A stretch of 64,000 bases of DNA from an uncultured Candidatus Woesearchaeota archaeon (lineage in GTDB: Archaea > Nanobdellota > Nanobdellia > Woesearchaeales > DSVV01), in the NCBI GenBank assembly GCA_963717515.1, contig OY970338.1, forward strand, positions 1,236,861 to 1,300,860, given 5' to 3'. Positions within the stretch are counted from its first letter, which is position 1. Each line of letters begins with the position of its first letter. The notes below the pieces were generated by a model that worked only from the letters and a program-made list of their open reading frames with translations, made no database searches and had not been told where the DNA came from. A program made the position numbers and the translations under genes. This document shows positions 63,906 to 64,000 of the stretch, one piece after another.

Positions 63906-64000
63906 ATCCGTATTCCGGGCAGGGGCATATGGCATTATTGCATACTACAGGTTTTGATGATAATTTGATATCTCTGTCCATCAGGTTGCCCAAAGGTTCT

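Noticed and set aside
63886-64000. A partial minus-strand ORF running in from the right edge and ending ...KPVVCNNAICPCPEYGFRFVID (my translation), overlapping the GT2 stop.
   Set aside because: Only about 38 codons are visible and no diagnostic motif is present. I cannot distinguish a real Cys-rich C-terminus from chance.

Overview
The window is an archaeal contig. The evidence is an archaeal-type ribosomal protein operon (L19e, L32e, S4e, aSUI1, RNase P Rpp29), intron-containing tRNAs and TATA-like promoters. Any finer lineage call, such as a small-genome DPANN-like archaeon, is inference only.

- **1-11.4 kb:** a complete L3-to-S5 ribosomal protein operon on the minus strand. Several members carry long K/E/A/P-rich low-complexity tails.
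- **11.7-19 kb:** tRNA-Arg(TCT) with one intron and tRNA-Cys(GCA) apparently with two introns. Also a Cys-rich lipoprotein, membrane proteins, a YkgJ-type Cys-cluster protein and a TtuA/NcsA-type tRNA thiolase. An MTA/SAH nucleosidase is flanked by a decayed duplicate of the thiolase 3' end. The segment ends with an A24 prepilin-type peptidase and a GT-C membrane glycosyltransferase.
- **19-63 kb:** an extraordinary concentration of radical SAM (rSAM) enzymes.
  - I count 21 CxxxCxxC motifs in 19 loci. They comprise 6 B12-binding rSAMs, 4 SPASM-type, a large family of short 'CN(N/Q)xCxFC...GGEPT' paralogs (two of them tandem double-rSAM fusions), one MiaB-like enzyme and one pseudogene.
  - There is also one rSAM-like domain with all three cluster cysteines substituted.
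- **Core of the cluster (about 27.5 kb):** a divergent locus.
  - The plus strand encodes two HxsD-like small proteins, an HxsB-like rSAM/SPASM enzyme, and a 299-aa protein containing 64 uninterrupted His-Xaa-Ser triplets (HxsA-like) built from nested perfect DNA tandem repeats.
  - The minus strand carries an 8.5-kb operon of rSAM genes, one of them interrupted at an A8 run by a -1 frameshift.
- **30.7-48.7 kb:** this stretch is markedly more AT-rich than its flanks yet encodes paralogs of the same enzyme families.

Interleaved with the rSAM genes are glycosyltransferases (GT-C x2, GT4, GT2), a DegT aminotransferase, an ATP-grasp enzyme, a PaaK/CapK-like adenylating enzyme, a methyltransferase, a TPR protein, a PRTase-beta-propeller fusion and several unknowns. 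No CRISPR array, rRNA, integrase or transposase was seen.
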